From an uncultured Bacilli bacterium (GTDB taxonomy: Bacteria; Bacillota_I; Bacilli_A; RF39; UBA660), in assembly GCA_944332475.1 (NCBI GenBank), contig CALVKA010000003.1, positions 163,257 to 227,256 of the forward strand: DNA of 64,000 nt. Reading direction: 5' to 3'. Below the pieces are notes generated by a model that did no database searches, had not been told where the DNA came from, and saw only the letters and a program-made list of their open reading frames with translations. The translations under genes were made by a program, and so were the position numbers. Below are positions 10,751 to 19,928 of the stretch, one piece after another. The first letter of the stretch is position 1. Each line of letters opens with the position of its first letter.

Positions 10751-11312
10751 GTATGTTAAAAGATTACAGTATCCTATTAATATTAAGAAAAAAGATTTAA
10801 ATATGGCAAAGTATTTGATTACACAGTATGGAGGCTCTAATGGAGAATTAGCAGCAGCTCTTCGTTATTTGAATCAACGTTATACAATGCCTGATAACCG
10901 AGGGAAAGCTTTGCTTACTGACATTGGAAACGAAGAACTTGCTCACGTAGAAATGATTGCGACTATGGTTTATCAATTAACGAAAGATGCTACCGCTGAA
11001 GAAATGAAGCAAGCTGGATTGGGTAGTAATTTTGCAGAACATGGAAAAGCTTTGTATCCAACAGATGCGAATGGTGTTCCGTTTACTGTAACTTATTTTG
11101 CAACTACAGGTGATCCACTTGCAGATATATCTGAAGATATGGCTGCTGAACAAAAAGCTCGTGCAGTATATGAAAACTTAATTGATTTAACAAATGATCC
11201 TGATGTCATTGGACCTCTACTTTGGTTACGTCAAAGAGAAATTGTTCACTTTGCTAGGTTTAAAGAATTATTTGAAATTTATGAGAAAGAATTTGGAACA
11301 AATAGAAGCTAG
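10743..11312 (+). CDS. cotJC: spore coat protein CotJC (manganese-catalase family)
   Basis: LQYPINIKKKDLNMAKYLITQYGGSNGELAAALRYLNQRYTMP... closely follows the CotJC/Mn-catalase N-terminus. Has the di-metal ligand Glu/His pattern (EELAHVEMI). Confidence 0.85.
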   Translation: MFKYVKRLQYPINIKKKDLNMAKYLITQYGGSNGELAAALRYLNQRYTMPDNRGKALLTDIGNEELAHVEMIATMVYQLTKDATAEEMKQAGLGSNFAEHGKALYPTDANGVPFTVTYFATTGDPLADISEDMAAEQKARAVYENLIDLTNDPDVIGPLLWLRQREIVHFARFKELFEIYEKEFGTNRS

Positions 11313-11325
11313 TGTTTGCTAGCTT

Positions 11326-12060
11326 CTATTTTGTTTTGGGTGGTATATAGATTCCTTTATCTTGGCAAAAACTATTTAATCTTTCTTTCGCTTCTTGTAT
11401 TGGAATATCTTCTGATAAATCTATTCCTATAGCTAGATTGTTCTTACTTCTTTGGTCTATTTGTTCTAATTGTGTTAGTAGTTCTATTACTTTGTTATAT
11501 TGATAATCGTTGATGCTAGATGGTAACCATATCGGAGTTGAAATATCCGAACAAAATTGAATGATTACATTTCCTCTTTCTGTTGCGTTATATTGCCATG
11601 GTATAAAGTCCCAGTCTTTCATTTGATTGGTATCGTTATATAAATAGTCATAGATTCTAGCTGTTGCATTCCCGTGATCTTCCCAGGCATAAGCAAAATA
11701 GGTTTCGTCTTCTGTGATAACACAGACTGCTCTATCGAGTTTTTCATCATAGAATCTATCTAAATCAAAAGAAGCAGTTTCATATTCTATTTCTTCTTTT
11801 AATAAATCCATATCTTCTATTGTTTCTATTGGATACCTGATTCCTTCTATGCCCTCTATTTCTGTTAGTTTTGGCATCACCTTAGCATTATATAATTTAT
11901 ATGTTGTTTGATAAAAATCTTGAGCAGGATTTCCTATTATGTTTTTTTCTATCCAACCATTTGATAGGATTTGCATTTCTCCATTTGATTGGGTTCTTAT
12001 TGCTTCTTGTTGTTCTGTGGTAATAGGACCTGTCTGTATATACATTTTTCTATTATCCAT
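11326..12060 (-). CDS. hypothetical acidic 244-aa protein
   Basis: Complete ORF; no recognised motif. Confidence 0.45.
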   Translation of the reverse strand: MDNRKMYIQTGPITTEQQEAIRTQSNGEMQILSNGWIEKNIIGNPAQDFYQTTYKLYNAKVMPKLTEIEGIEGIRYPIETIEDMDLLKEEIEYETASFDLDRFYDEKLDRAVCVITEDETYFAYAWEDHGNATARIYDYLYNDTNQMKDWDFIPWQYNATERGNVIIQFCSDISTPIWLPSSINDYQYNKVIELLTQLEQIDQRSKNNLAIGIDLSEDIPIQEAKERLNSFCQDKGIYIPPKTK

Positions 12061-12145
12061 ACTACACCTACTTTTTATCTTATTTTTCCTTTTTCTGATA
12101 ATTTTTTCGTTTCTATTAATCCTTCCTTTTCTTCCCTATTATCCC

Positions 12146-13615
12146 CTACTTATTATATTTTAATTTTGTTGCTTTCTTTTTTACTTTTTCTAGTAAATCC
12201 TTATTATTAGTCTTGGTATATTCTTTTAATATATCTAGTATTTCATAGACTAGTAATCTTTCTTTTAAATATTGTATATTTTGTAATTCTTTATAATTGT
12301 TTATAAATAAATCCATGATATTTTCATAGTCTAACTCTATCGTTTTCATATCTGTTTTAATTGATGCCCATTTCCATGGTGTTTCTCTCATTTGAAATAA
12401 TATTCTAAAATCATAGTCGATAGGTGCTACTTGAACAGATTCAAAGTCTAATAATTTAATTTCTTTTCCTGTATATAATATATTATCAAAATGTAGATCT
12501 CCATGAATTAGTCCAAATTTATTATGATGAAAATAAATATCACAAGATGTTACTAGAGAAGAAATGCAGTCTTCTAACTCTTCTATCTCTTTATATTTTA
12601 ATAATTCTTCTTTTATTTTTTTATTCCAGTTAAAAAATTTAACTGGTTGTTTGTGTAAATAGTGAATCGCGTCTACTATTTGTTTTACTAGACTTGCTCT
12701 TTCTTCTTCTGTTAAGTTATACCATATTTCATATATGGTTTTTCCTGGTACTTTTTCTATAATTTCATATGTATATGGTATTATCGTTTTAGAATTATCT
12801 ACTTTATATAATTTTGGTATATAGGGATTATCTTTCTGTTCTTTATAAAAGTCTATTTCTTTGTTGAAGCGTTCTTCGTTATTAGGATTAATACAAATTC
12901 TTATGATTTTATTTTCTGTTTCATATATTTTATTGGTAAAACCAATATTTAGTTGTTTATATTTTTCATTTGGTATTATCTTTTCTACTAATTTTTTATA
13001 TTTGTCACGTGGCATGATAATACTTTCGATAATCGTATACATGTCTTCTATTTGATCTAAATAATTATTGATACAGTCTATTAAATTAGATGCATCCTGT
13101 TCTTTTTGTTCATCTTTTATTTTTATTGTTTCTTCTATGTTATCTTTTAATAATTCAAACTTTTCTACTAGTAATCCACATAATATAAAGTACCAGTCTA
13201 CTTTACTGATATCTTTTACTTTGTGATATTCTTGTATTACTGCTTTGAAATTTTCTTTATTAAAGTCGTGATAAAAAAAGTCTGATGCATATAGAGCTGC
13301 TTCTAATAATTCTATATAAGGATTGACATCTTTTCCTGTAAGAGATGTTACTTCTATATCATTTACTTCATTTAATCTATCGTTTGCTCGTTTTAAGATA
13401 GAATTATAGCGTCTAAAGTTTTTTAAGTATTTTTCTTTGTAAATTGGTTTTTCTGTCGCTAAGTCTAGAGCATATCCTTCCCAGTCATAGATTCTTCTTT
13501 TTTCTTCTATTTCTACTTTATGTTCTGTTTTTACATGTTGTTTAGCTAGAGATTGCCCTATTTCTTGTGCTGTTTTTTCTTGGCAAAATTCTTTTACTGT
13601 CATACAATACATCAC
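12146..13615 (-). CDS. phosphotransferase-fold protein (APH/CotS/choline-kinase-like kinase)
   Basis: Brenner-type motif LIHGDLHFDNIL in the C-terminal half; 489 aa. Confidence 0.5.
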   Translation of the reverse strand: MMYCMTVKEFCQEKTAQEIGQSLAKQHVKTEHKVEIEEKRRIYDWEGYALDLATEKPIYKEKYLKNFRRYNSILKRANDRLNEVNDIEVTSLTGKDVNPYIELLEAALYASDFFYHDFNKENFKAVIQEYHKVKDISKVDWYFILCGLLVEKFELLKDNIEETIKIKDEQKEQDASNLIDCINNYLDQIEDMYTIIESIIMPRDKYKKLVEKIIPNEKYKQLNIGFTNKIYETENKIIRICINPNNEERFNKEIDFYKEQKDNPYIPKLYKVDNSKTIIPYTYEIIEKVPGKTIYEIWYNLTEEERASLVKQIVDAIHYLHKQPVKFFNWNKKIKEELLKYKEIEELEDCISSLVTSCDIYFHHNKFGLIHGDLHFDNILYTGKEIKLLDFESVQVAPIDYDFRILFQMRETPWKWASIKTDMKTIELDYENIMDLFINNYKELQNIQYLKERLLVYEILDILKEYTKTNNKDLLEKVKKKATKLKYNK

Positions 13616-13621
13616 CTACTT

Positions 13622-14605
13622 TTATAAATCTATTTTTACAACTACTCCTTCTACATCTTGGTCAAATTTTTTCCAAGTTGTTTGTTTTATTACTTTAAAT
13701 CCTACTTTTTCAAATAGTTTTAGCGTATTTCCACGGTTTCTTTCAAAATCATCATATAATTGTTTTATTCCTTGTTTTTTTGCATATTGACATAATAATT
13801 TTAATCCATCTAAGGCATATCCTTTTTTTCGTTTGGATGCTTCAATTACAATACCACAATCATACTTTTTATCTTCTGTTAATTGATAATTTACATAACC
13901 TACAAATTCTTTTGTACTATTATCTTGTAGATAAGCAAAAAATCTATTTTCTCTTTCTCTTTTCTCTTTCATTTTTTGCCATTCTGTTTTTGGAAAATCA
14001 ATGCAGCCTGTATCATAATGATAACCCTGGTAAGATACCTGATAACCGGCATTATAACTCATTGTTTTGGCATCCCTTTGCAATTTTTCTTCATACCAAT
14101 AATCTTCTAGTTTTGGTATATATAAACTTAGTCTATCTTCTCTTTTAAAACTAAATATTCGTTCTTTATAGACTGCTTTATGATTTGTATATTCATCTAT
14201 TAAATGTTTCCAAAACTTGTATGCTATTTCATTACCTTTCGATGGTGATACTTCCCAATTTCCTTCATAGAGATTAAAACACATCATCGCTACTTTTTTC
14301 CCGATTTTATTTCTTCTATATTTTGGTAATACCATAAATTCTGCGATACTATGTCCTTTGTCTGTGTGTTGGACATAGGTATTTATCATGACAAAGCCTA
14401 ATAATTTATGGGTCTCTTCTTCTCGGATAAAAAAGGCGTCTCTTTCTTGTTCGGTAAAATAAGATTCAAAATACGGATATTCAAATATTCCTTCTTCATT
14501 TATTTCATTTCCATCTGTTAAGCTTTCTTCAAACAGGGAATATTCTAATAAGCGATATAAAATATCTTTTTGACTGACAGTTACTCTTTCTAATATTACA
14601 TTCAT
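13622..14605 (-). CDS. GNAT-family N-acetyltransferase (two GNAT-like halves)
   Basis: Acetyl-CoA-binding-like segments RRNKIGKKV and RKKGYALDGLKLL. Confidence 0.5.
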   Translation of the reverse strand: MNVILERVTVSQKDILYRLLEYSLFEESLTDGNEINEEGIFEYPYFESYFTEQERDAFFIREEETHKLLGFVMINTYVQHTDKGHSIAEFMVLPKYRRNKIGKKVAMMCFNLYEGNWEVSPSKGNEIAYKFWKHLIDEYTNHKAVYKERIFSFKREDRLSLYIPKLEDYWYEEKLQRDAKTMSYNAGYQVSYQGYHYDTGCIDFPKTEWQKMKEKRERENRFFAYLQDNSTKEFVGYVNYQLTEDKKYDCGIVIEASKRKKGYALDGLKLLCQYAKKQGIKQLYDDFERNRGNTLKLFEKVGFKVIKQTTWKKFDQDVEGVVVKIDL

Positions 14606-14618
14606 CCTATCACCTCTT

Positions 14619-14645
14619 AAGAAAAAGACTCTCTTGCAGGAGAGC
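14619..14645 (-). terminator. intrinsic terminator after glmS
   Basis: Minus-strand GGCTCTC-CTGCAA-GAGAGTC hairpin followed by TTTTTCTT immediately after the glmS stop. Confidence 0.5.
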
Positions 14646-14650
14646 CTTTG

Positions 14651-16423
14651 TTATTCTACTGTTACACTTTTTGCAAGATTCTTTGGTTTATCAATATCAC
14701 AACCTCTTAGTTTGGCTGTTTCATAAGCAATTAGTTGTAGTGTTGGTACGATTAAGATTGGTTGGAAATATGGACTGATCTTTGGTACCGTTACTTGTAA
14801 GTCATCTGTTGCATATTTTTCATTGCTGATGATGATGGTTTGTGCTCCACGGGACTTTACTTCTTCGATATTAGATATTGTCTTATCTTTTATGGTATCG
14901 TCTGTAATAATCGCAAATACTGGCATACCATCATCAATTAATGATATTGTTCCATGTTTTAGTTCGCCTGCTTGATAAGCTTCACTATGGATATAAGATA
15001 CTTCTTTTAGTTTTAGACTTCCTTCCATGGATGTTGCGTAATCTATTTTTCTACCAATGAAGAAGATATCTTCTTTTTGATAGATAGCTTCTGCTACCTT
15101 TTTATATTCTTCTCTTCTATCTAATACCTCTTTAATGAGTCTTGGTAGTTTTTCTGCTTCTTCTAATACTTTATGTTCTTCTTTTACAAGATTTTTTGTT
15201 AGTGCCGTCTTATAGGCAAGTAATGCCATAATTCCTACTTGTAGGATATAAGCTTTCGTTGTGGCAACAGCAATCTCTGGTCCTGCTTCAATAAAGATTT
15301 GGGAGTCGCTTTCTCTAGCAATTGTCGATGTTTTTACATTTACGATGGCAAGGGTTTCTACGTTATGTTCTTGTGCTTTTCTCATAGCAGCAATCGTATC
15401 TGCTGTTTCTCCTGATTGAGAAATTAAAATGACTAAGGTTTTTCTATCATAAATAATATTTTTATAACGATATTCACTAGCAACATCAATCTCTACTTTG
15501 GTATTGGCATATTCTTCTAAAAGCGTTTTTCCAATCATTCCTGCATACATAGCTGATCCACAGGCAACAATATGAATTTCTTCATAGTCTGTTAAATCTG
15601 GTAGTTTTTCTAAATGTTCTAAATATGGCTCAAATGTTTTTTGTAATACCACTGGTTCTTCCATAATTTCTTTTAACATGTAATGGTCATAGCCACATTT
15701 ATCTTTGGCATCACGTTCCATACTTGTTGTTTGTACTTCTTTTTCTACTACTTTCCCATCTTTTGTTACTTCAATTTTTGCTTTTGTAATATGAGCAATT
15801 TCTCCTTCTTCTAGTAAATAGTATTGATTGGTATAGTCGATGATAGCAGCAATATCACTGGCAATAAAGTTTTCATCTTTTCCAAGTCCTACAATTAGTG
15901 GTGAATCTTTTCTTACAGCATATAAATCATCACTTTCTTGAAATAAAATACCTAATGCATAAGAGCCTTTTACTTCTTTTAACGCTTGATTGATTGCTTC
16001 TACTGGGTCATTATCATAGTATTTATTGATTAGGGCTGCTACTACTTCAGTATCTGTTTCACTATAAAACCTTACTTTTTCTTTTTTTAATTTTTCACGT
16101 AATTCTTCGGCGTTTTCAATAATTCCATTATGAACTAGTGTAACTCTTCCTGCTGTATGTGGATGAGCATTATTTTCCGTTGGTTTACCATGGGTTGCCC
16201 ATCTTGTATGAGCAATTCCTAAATGACTAGGAATTAGTTTTTCATCTTTTATTTTCTCTTCTAAGTTTACGATTTTTCCGACACTTTTAATGATTTCTAT
16301 TTCATCTTTTTCTTTTAGGGCAATTCCTGCCGAATCATATCCTCTATATTCTAGGCTTTTTAGGCCATTTATTAAAATATCTACTGGATTTTTTTCTCCT
16401 ATATATCCAATAATTCCACACAT
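14651..16423 (-). CDS. glmS: glutamine--fructose-6-phosphate aminotransferase
   Basis: MCGIIGYIG N-terminal nucleophile Cys, SIS domains; 590 aa. Confidence 0.95.
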   Translation of the reverse strand: MCGIIGYIGEKNPVDILINGLKSLEYRGYDSAGIALKEKDEIEIIKSVGKIVNLEEKIKDEKLIPSHLGIAHTRWATHGKPTENNAHPHTAGRVTLVHNGIIENAEELREKLKKEKVRFYSETDTEVVAALINKYYDNDPVEAINQALKEVKGSYALGILFQESDDLYAVRKDSPLIVGLGKDENFIASDIAAIIDYTNQYYLLEEGEIAHITKAKIEVTKDGKVVEKEVQTTSMERDAKDKCGYDHYMLKEIMEEPVVLQKTFEPYLEHLEKLPDLTDYEEIHIVACGSAMYAGMIGKTLLEEYANTKVEIDVASEYRYKNIIYDRKTLVILISQSGETADTIAAMRKAQEHNVETLAIVNVKTSTIARESDSQIFIEAGPEIAVATTKAYILQVGIMALLAYKTALTKNLVKEEHKVLEEAEKLPRLIKEVLDRREEYKKVAEAIYQKEDIFFIGRKIDYATSMEGSLKLKEVSYIHSEAYQAGELKHGTISLIDDGMPVFAIITDDTIKDKTISNIEEVKSRGAQTIIISNEKYATDDLQVTVPKISPYFQPILIVPTLQLIAYETAKLRGCDIDKPKNLAKSVTVE

Positions 16424-16444
16424 AATTTATTTTCCTCCATGCTA

Positions 16445-16605
16445 AAAAATATGTGGTGATATATATATTGTTGTAATGTTGATTTTACTTTTTGCTATAT
16501 ATCTAACGAAGCACTTATCTCCGCAGTAGCATCCGCCGAATCTTTCGATCACTACTGTCCTCGTCAACTCTAGGAGTCCAGGCGCTTAAATGAAAACTTC
16601 TCCTT
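16445..16605 (-). ncRNA. glmS ribozyme (GlcN6P-responsive self-cleaving riboswitch) in the glmS 5' leader
   Basis: Minus-strand AAGCGCCUGGACUCCUAGAGUUGACGAGGACAGUAGUGAUCGAAAGAUUCGGCGGAUGCUACUGCGGAG carries the conserved AGCGCC cleavage-site, GACGAGGA, AUCGAA and UCGGCGGAUGC blocks of the glmS ribozyme core, directly upstream of glmS. Confidence 0.8.
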
Positions 16606-16660
16606 CCTACTATTCATTCTATTTCCATTATAACAGAATTATACCTAGTGTGCAAACAAC

Positions 16661-16692
16661 AAAAAAAAGACACCTTAGTCTCCTAAGGTATC
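16661..16692 (-). terminator. intrinsic terminator of the AAA+ ATPase operon (overlaps its stop codon)
   Basis: Minus strand: GATACCTTAG-GAGA-CTAAGGTGTC hairpin followed by TTTTTTTTGTTGTTT. Confidence 0.5.
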
Positions 16693-17649
16693 TAGTGAAT
16701 CATAAATATTTTTTCCTTCTTTTACAGCTCTTATTTCTTCTTTAAAGATTCTGTCAAATTCTGGTAGTGTTTTATCAATTACGTCTTGATAAATATTTTT
16801 GCTGTTTTCGATGGCTTTTCTAAAGTCTAGGACATTTACTTCTGTTCTATTGTCAAATAAGGCATTGGAGAATGCTTGTTGTACCATAGTTAAAGATACA
16901 TCTGGATAACGTGATCCTATTTCATAGATTCTCTTATACTCACTTGTAATATCTGTAATGAACTCCATCATCTTTCTTTGAATAAATGGTGTATACATCA
17001 TTTTAGCACCTGTTCTTTTTTCTATCTTTGGTAGTGTTCCGATTAAAATCTGGATATTTTCTTCTCTCGTTGGCTCTGCTACTTCTACTTTTTGGAAACG
17101 TCTAACAAATGCTTTATCTCTTAAAATATATCTTTCATATTCTTCTGTTGTGGTTGCTCCAATGACTTTGATATCACCACGGTCTAGAGCTGGCTTAAAC
17201 ATATTTGCAAAGTCTAAGGCTTCTCCCTTGGTTCCCATCAATGTATGAATTTCATCAATAAATAAAATCAGTTTTGATTTTGTTTTGATTTCATCAATTA
17301 GCGTTTGAATCTTTGCTTCTCCTGTTACGGGGTCTACTCCAAGTAAAGCAGAAGTATTTACTTTGATTACTTGATATCCTTTTAATACATCAGGGACTAA
17401 TCCTTTTTGAATTCTATAGGCTAGACCTTCTACAATAGCAGTTTTACCAACACCAGGTTTACCAATTAAAACTGCTGATTTATCTGGTGTCAATAAAATT
17501 AAAATCAATTGCTTAATCTGTTCATCACGACCAATGGCTGGGTTTGTGATGTAGTCTTTGTTTTGAAAGTTTTCTCCATAATTATCTAAGATACTAATAC
17601 GTTTCTTTTTTATGTCAAAGGCATCACTATTTGTCAAGTTCTCGTTCAT
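16675..17649 (-). CDS. stand-alone AAA+ ATPase of ClpA/ClpB D1 type
   Basis: GRDEQIKQLILILLTPDKSAVLIGKPGVGKTAIVEGLAYRI is a Clp D1 Walker A context; Walker B LILFIDEIH; 324 aa. Confidence 0.6.
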   Translation of the reverse strand: MNENLTNSDAFDIKKKRISILDNYGENFQNKDYITNPAIGRDEQIKQLILILLTPDKSAVLIGKPGVGKTAIVEGLAYRIQKGLVPDVLKGYQVIKVNTSALLGVDPVTGEAKIQTLIDEIKTKSKLILFIDEIHTLMGTKGEALDFANMFKPALDRGDIKVIGATTTEEYERYILRDKAFVRRFQKVEVAEPTREENIQILIGTLPKIEKRTGAKMMYTPFIQRKMMEFITDITSEYKRIYEIGSRYPDVSLTMVQQAFSNALFDNRTEVNVLDFRKAIENSKNIYQDVIDKTLPEFDRIFKEEIRAVKEGKNIYDSLDTLGD

Positions 17650-17702
17650 TTTGTTTCCTCCTTCTTTACTAGTATTATTATAGCATAGTTTCTTTTTCTT
17701 GT

Positions 17703-18173
17703 TTATTGTTTTTGTTCTTCTATTACATGCTTTAACATTTTCCAGTTTTTATCATATTCAAAATATCCTTCTATTTCTTTTTCTTGTAATAGATATGGTA
17801 ACCAATATTTTACATCTTCAAACATCTCTTCCCAGGGAAGATTATCAATTGAAAACCACTCTGGTAACATTTCGTTGCTTTCCTTTGGAATACCTTTTAT
17901 TTTTGTTGCGACATATAGGTGCATGTTTACATTGGTTTGTTCTTCTGTATCATATTCGATAAAATGCATGATACCTATTTTTTTTAAATCTATCGGTGTT
18001 GCGAATATTTCTTCTTCTGTTTCTCTAATCATTGCTTCTTCTGGTGTTTCATTTTCTTCTATTTTTCCACCAATACCATTCCATTTTCCTAATCCAAATC
18101 CTCTTTTCTTCCTAGCTAATAATATCTTGTTTTCTTTTTTTATGATTAATAGTGTTGTCTCTTTGTTTTTCAT
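17703..18173 (-). CDS. NUDIX hydrolase (MutT-like)
   Basis: Nudix box GGKIEENETPEEAMIRETEEEIFA. Confidence 0.8.
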   Translation of the reverse strand: MKNKETTLLIIKKENKILLARKKRGFGLGKWNGIGGKIEENETPEEAMIRETEEEIFATPIDLKKIGIMHFIEYDTEEQTNVNMHLYVATKIKGIPKESNEMLPEWFSIDNLPWEEMFEDVKYWLPYLLQEKEIEGYFEYDKNWKMLKHVIEEQKQ

Positions 18174-18180
18174 ACTTCAC

Positions 18181-18843
18181 CTACTCTAAGTTTTGAATAT
18201 ATTGAATGTCTTCTATCGCTTTATCTATATTAAAGCTTCCATTTCCTACTGGATAAAAAACTGAATAGAATTTAAATCCATCTTTTTCAAATTTCTTTTT
18301 TCGGACTTGTGATACTTTTATTTTTTCTTCTAAAACAATAGAGGATACTTGATTTCCAAATAAGATTATTTTCTGTGGTTGTACTAATTTTATTTCTTTT
18401 ATAAATAATTTTAAATATGCCTTATATACTTCATCTTTTAATGGTCTAGCATCGAGTTGTGTACATTTTGCAAGATTTGTGATATAGCAGTCGTGTTCTT
18501 TTATGTTGTTATATACTTCTTCACTAAATTCCTTGGTCCAATCCTGCTTCTTTTTCTTTTGAATTTTTTGAAAAATATTTTTATCTATTAAATCTAATTT
18601 GTCAAATAATTTCCAAACGTTTTTAGTCCCTAACCACGGATAGTGAGGCCCATCCCAATTTTTTTGAGCGGCTATATTTCCGGCTGTTGGATTCATAAAA
18701 ACAAAACATAATTTGGGATGATTTTCTTTTCCTCCACTATAGATAGAATGAAGAGATTTATCTCCATATTTTCTTTGTAATCTATCATATTGTTTATATA
18801 ATTCTTCTAACATACTTACTTCCTTTGTTTTATTGGTCCACAT
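18181..18843 (-). CDS. uracil-DNA glycosylase superfamily protein (SMUG/MUG-like motifs)
   Basis: FVFMNPTAGN resembles the G(M/I)NPG motif A; FYPVGNGS resembles motif B (HPSP/NPSG); 220 aa. Confidence 0.4.
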   Translation of the reverse strand: MWTNKTKEVSMLEELYKQYDRLQRKYGDKSLHSIYSGGKENHPKLCFVFMNPTAGNIAAQKNWDGPHYPWLGTKNVWKLFDKLDLIDKNIFQKIQKKKKQDWTKEFSEEVYNNIKEHDCYITNLAKCTQLDARPLKDEVYKAYLKLFIKEIKLVQPQKIILFGNQVSSIVLEEKIKVSQVRKKKFEKDGFKFYSVFYPVGNGSFNIDKAIEDIQYIQNLE

Positions 18844-19373
18844 ATTTTTTCATATGTTTTTTTCATATATTTTTTGTTTAGTATATATTTTTCTCCATGG
18901 ATGGATAAATCTGTTAGGACATGTTCTATAAAGTCTGCGGTCTTTTTATGTACTGGAGTCTCTCCTAATTTCTTGTACCAAAAGTTTAGTGGTTCTGATT
19001 GATCATAATCTCCCTTATGATAAGTTCTTCCGGCAGAAATCTTATCACAAATACTTTCTACTGCGTATTTATATGACATCATTACTGGTCCCGAATTATC
19101 CAACCAGTATTCTGGATGATGAGGGTTTCTTCCTTTATGATGTAACCAAGCTTCACTTTTTCCTGTTTGCTTTCTACATTCTGATATAGGAGAGCGTGTT
19201 CCAATATAATATTTGGCTCCTTCTAAAAATTCTGTTTTGGAATATTTTGATAAATCGTGTGTTAATCCTCGCCAATAAAGTCCACATTGGAAACATCTTT
19301 TCATTACTTTCATTCTATGTGATGTAATGGTTATGAAATGTTTTATTGCATGCATAAAATCTCCTACTTTCAA
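18816..19373 (-). CDS. hypothetical His/Cys-rich protein (possible HD-type metal site)
   Basis: H...HD pattern (ITSHRMKV...LTHDLSKY); overlaps the upstream gene by 28 nt. Confidence 0.35.
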   Translation of the reverse strand: MKVGDFMHAIKHFITITSHRMKVMKRCFQCGLYWRGLTHDLSKYSKTEFLEGAKYYIGTRSPISECRKQTGKSEAWLHHKGRNPHHPEYWLDNSGPVMMSYKYAVESICDKISAGRTYHKGDYDQSEPLNFWYKKLGETPVHKKTADFIEHVLTDLSIHGEKYILNKKYMKKTYEKICGPIKQRK

Positions 19374-19407
19374 GATTTAATTATAGCACAAAAAAGCATG
19401 ACTTTCA

Positions 19408-19914
19408 TCATGCTTTACTATTATATTGTTGATAAACATCAAATTTGTCCATTTTTTCATATTTCTCTTTGATGGCTTTTTTTAGTTCTTGATCCATACT
19501 AGTTGAATATCCAAAAAATACTTGGTTTCCTATTATTAGACATGGAACACCTTCTATTTTTTTTCCTAATTCTGCTACTAAGTCTTCCATTAATTTATTA
19601 TTTTCTTCATTATACCAGACTTCCATTGTATATAAGTCAAAATACTTATTATATTTTTCTGGTAGATTATTTAAAAAATTAATTAATTCTTCACAATGAG
19701 GGCAACCGTCTCCATAGAAGAAGTAGACATTTATTTTTTTATTATCAAACTTTATATTTTCTTCTGTTTGATTTGTTAGTGTTCTTTGTGTTTTCTGTGG
19801 TTGATTAATTCCTATCATTATGATTACTGTAATCATAATGACAATGATACAGGCTGAAATTATTGTTATTATCGTTTCTGATTTTCTTTTGTTTTCTTTC
19901 TTTTCCTTTGCCAT
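19408..19914 (-). CDS. membrane-anchored thioredoxin-fold oxidoreductase (CPHC active site)
   Basis: N-terminal TM helix, then YGDGCPHCEELINF CxxC motif. Confidence 0.65.
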   Translation of the reverse strand: MAKEKKENKRKSETIITIISACIIVIMITVIIMIGINQPQKTQRTLTNQTEENIKFDNKKINVYFFYGDGCPHCEELINFLNNLPEKYNKYFDLYTMEVWYNEENNKLMEDLVAELGKKIEGVPCLIIGNQVFFGYSTSMDQELKKAIKEKYEKMDKFDVYQQYNSKA

Positions 19915-19928
19915 TTTGTCACCTTTTA

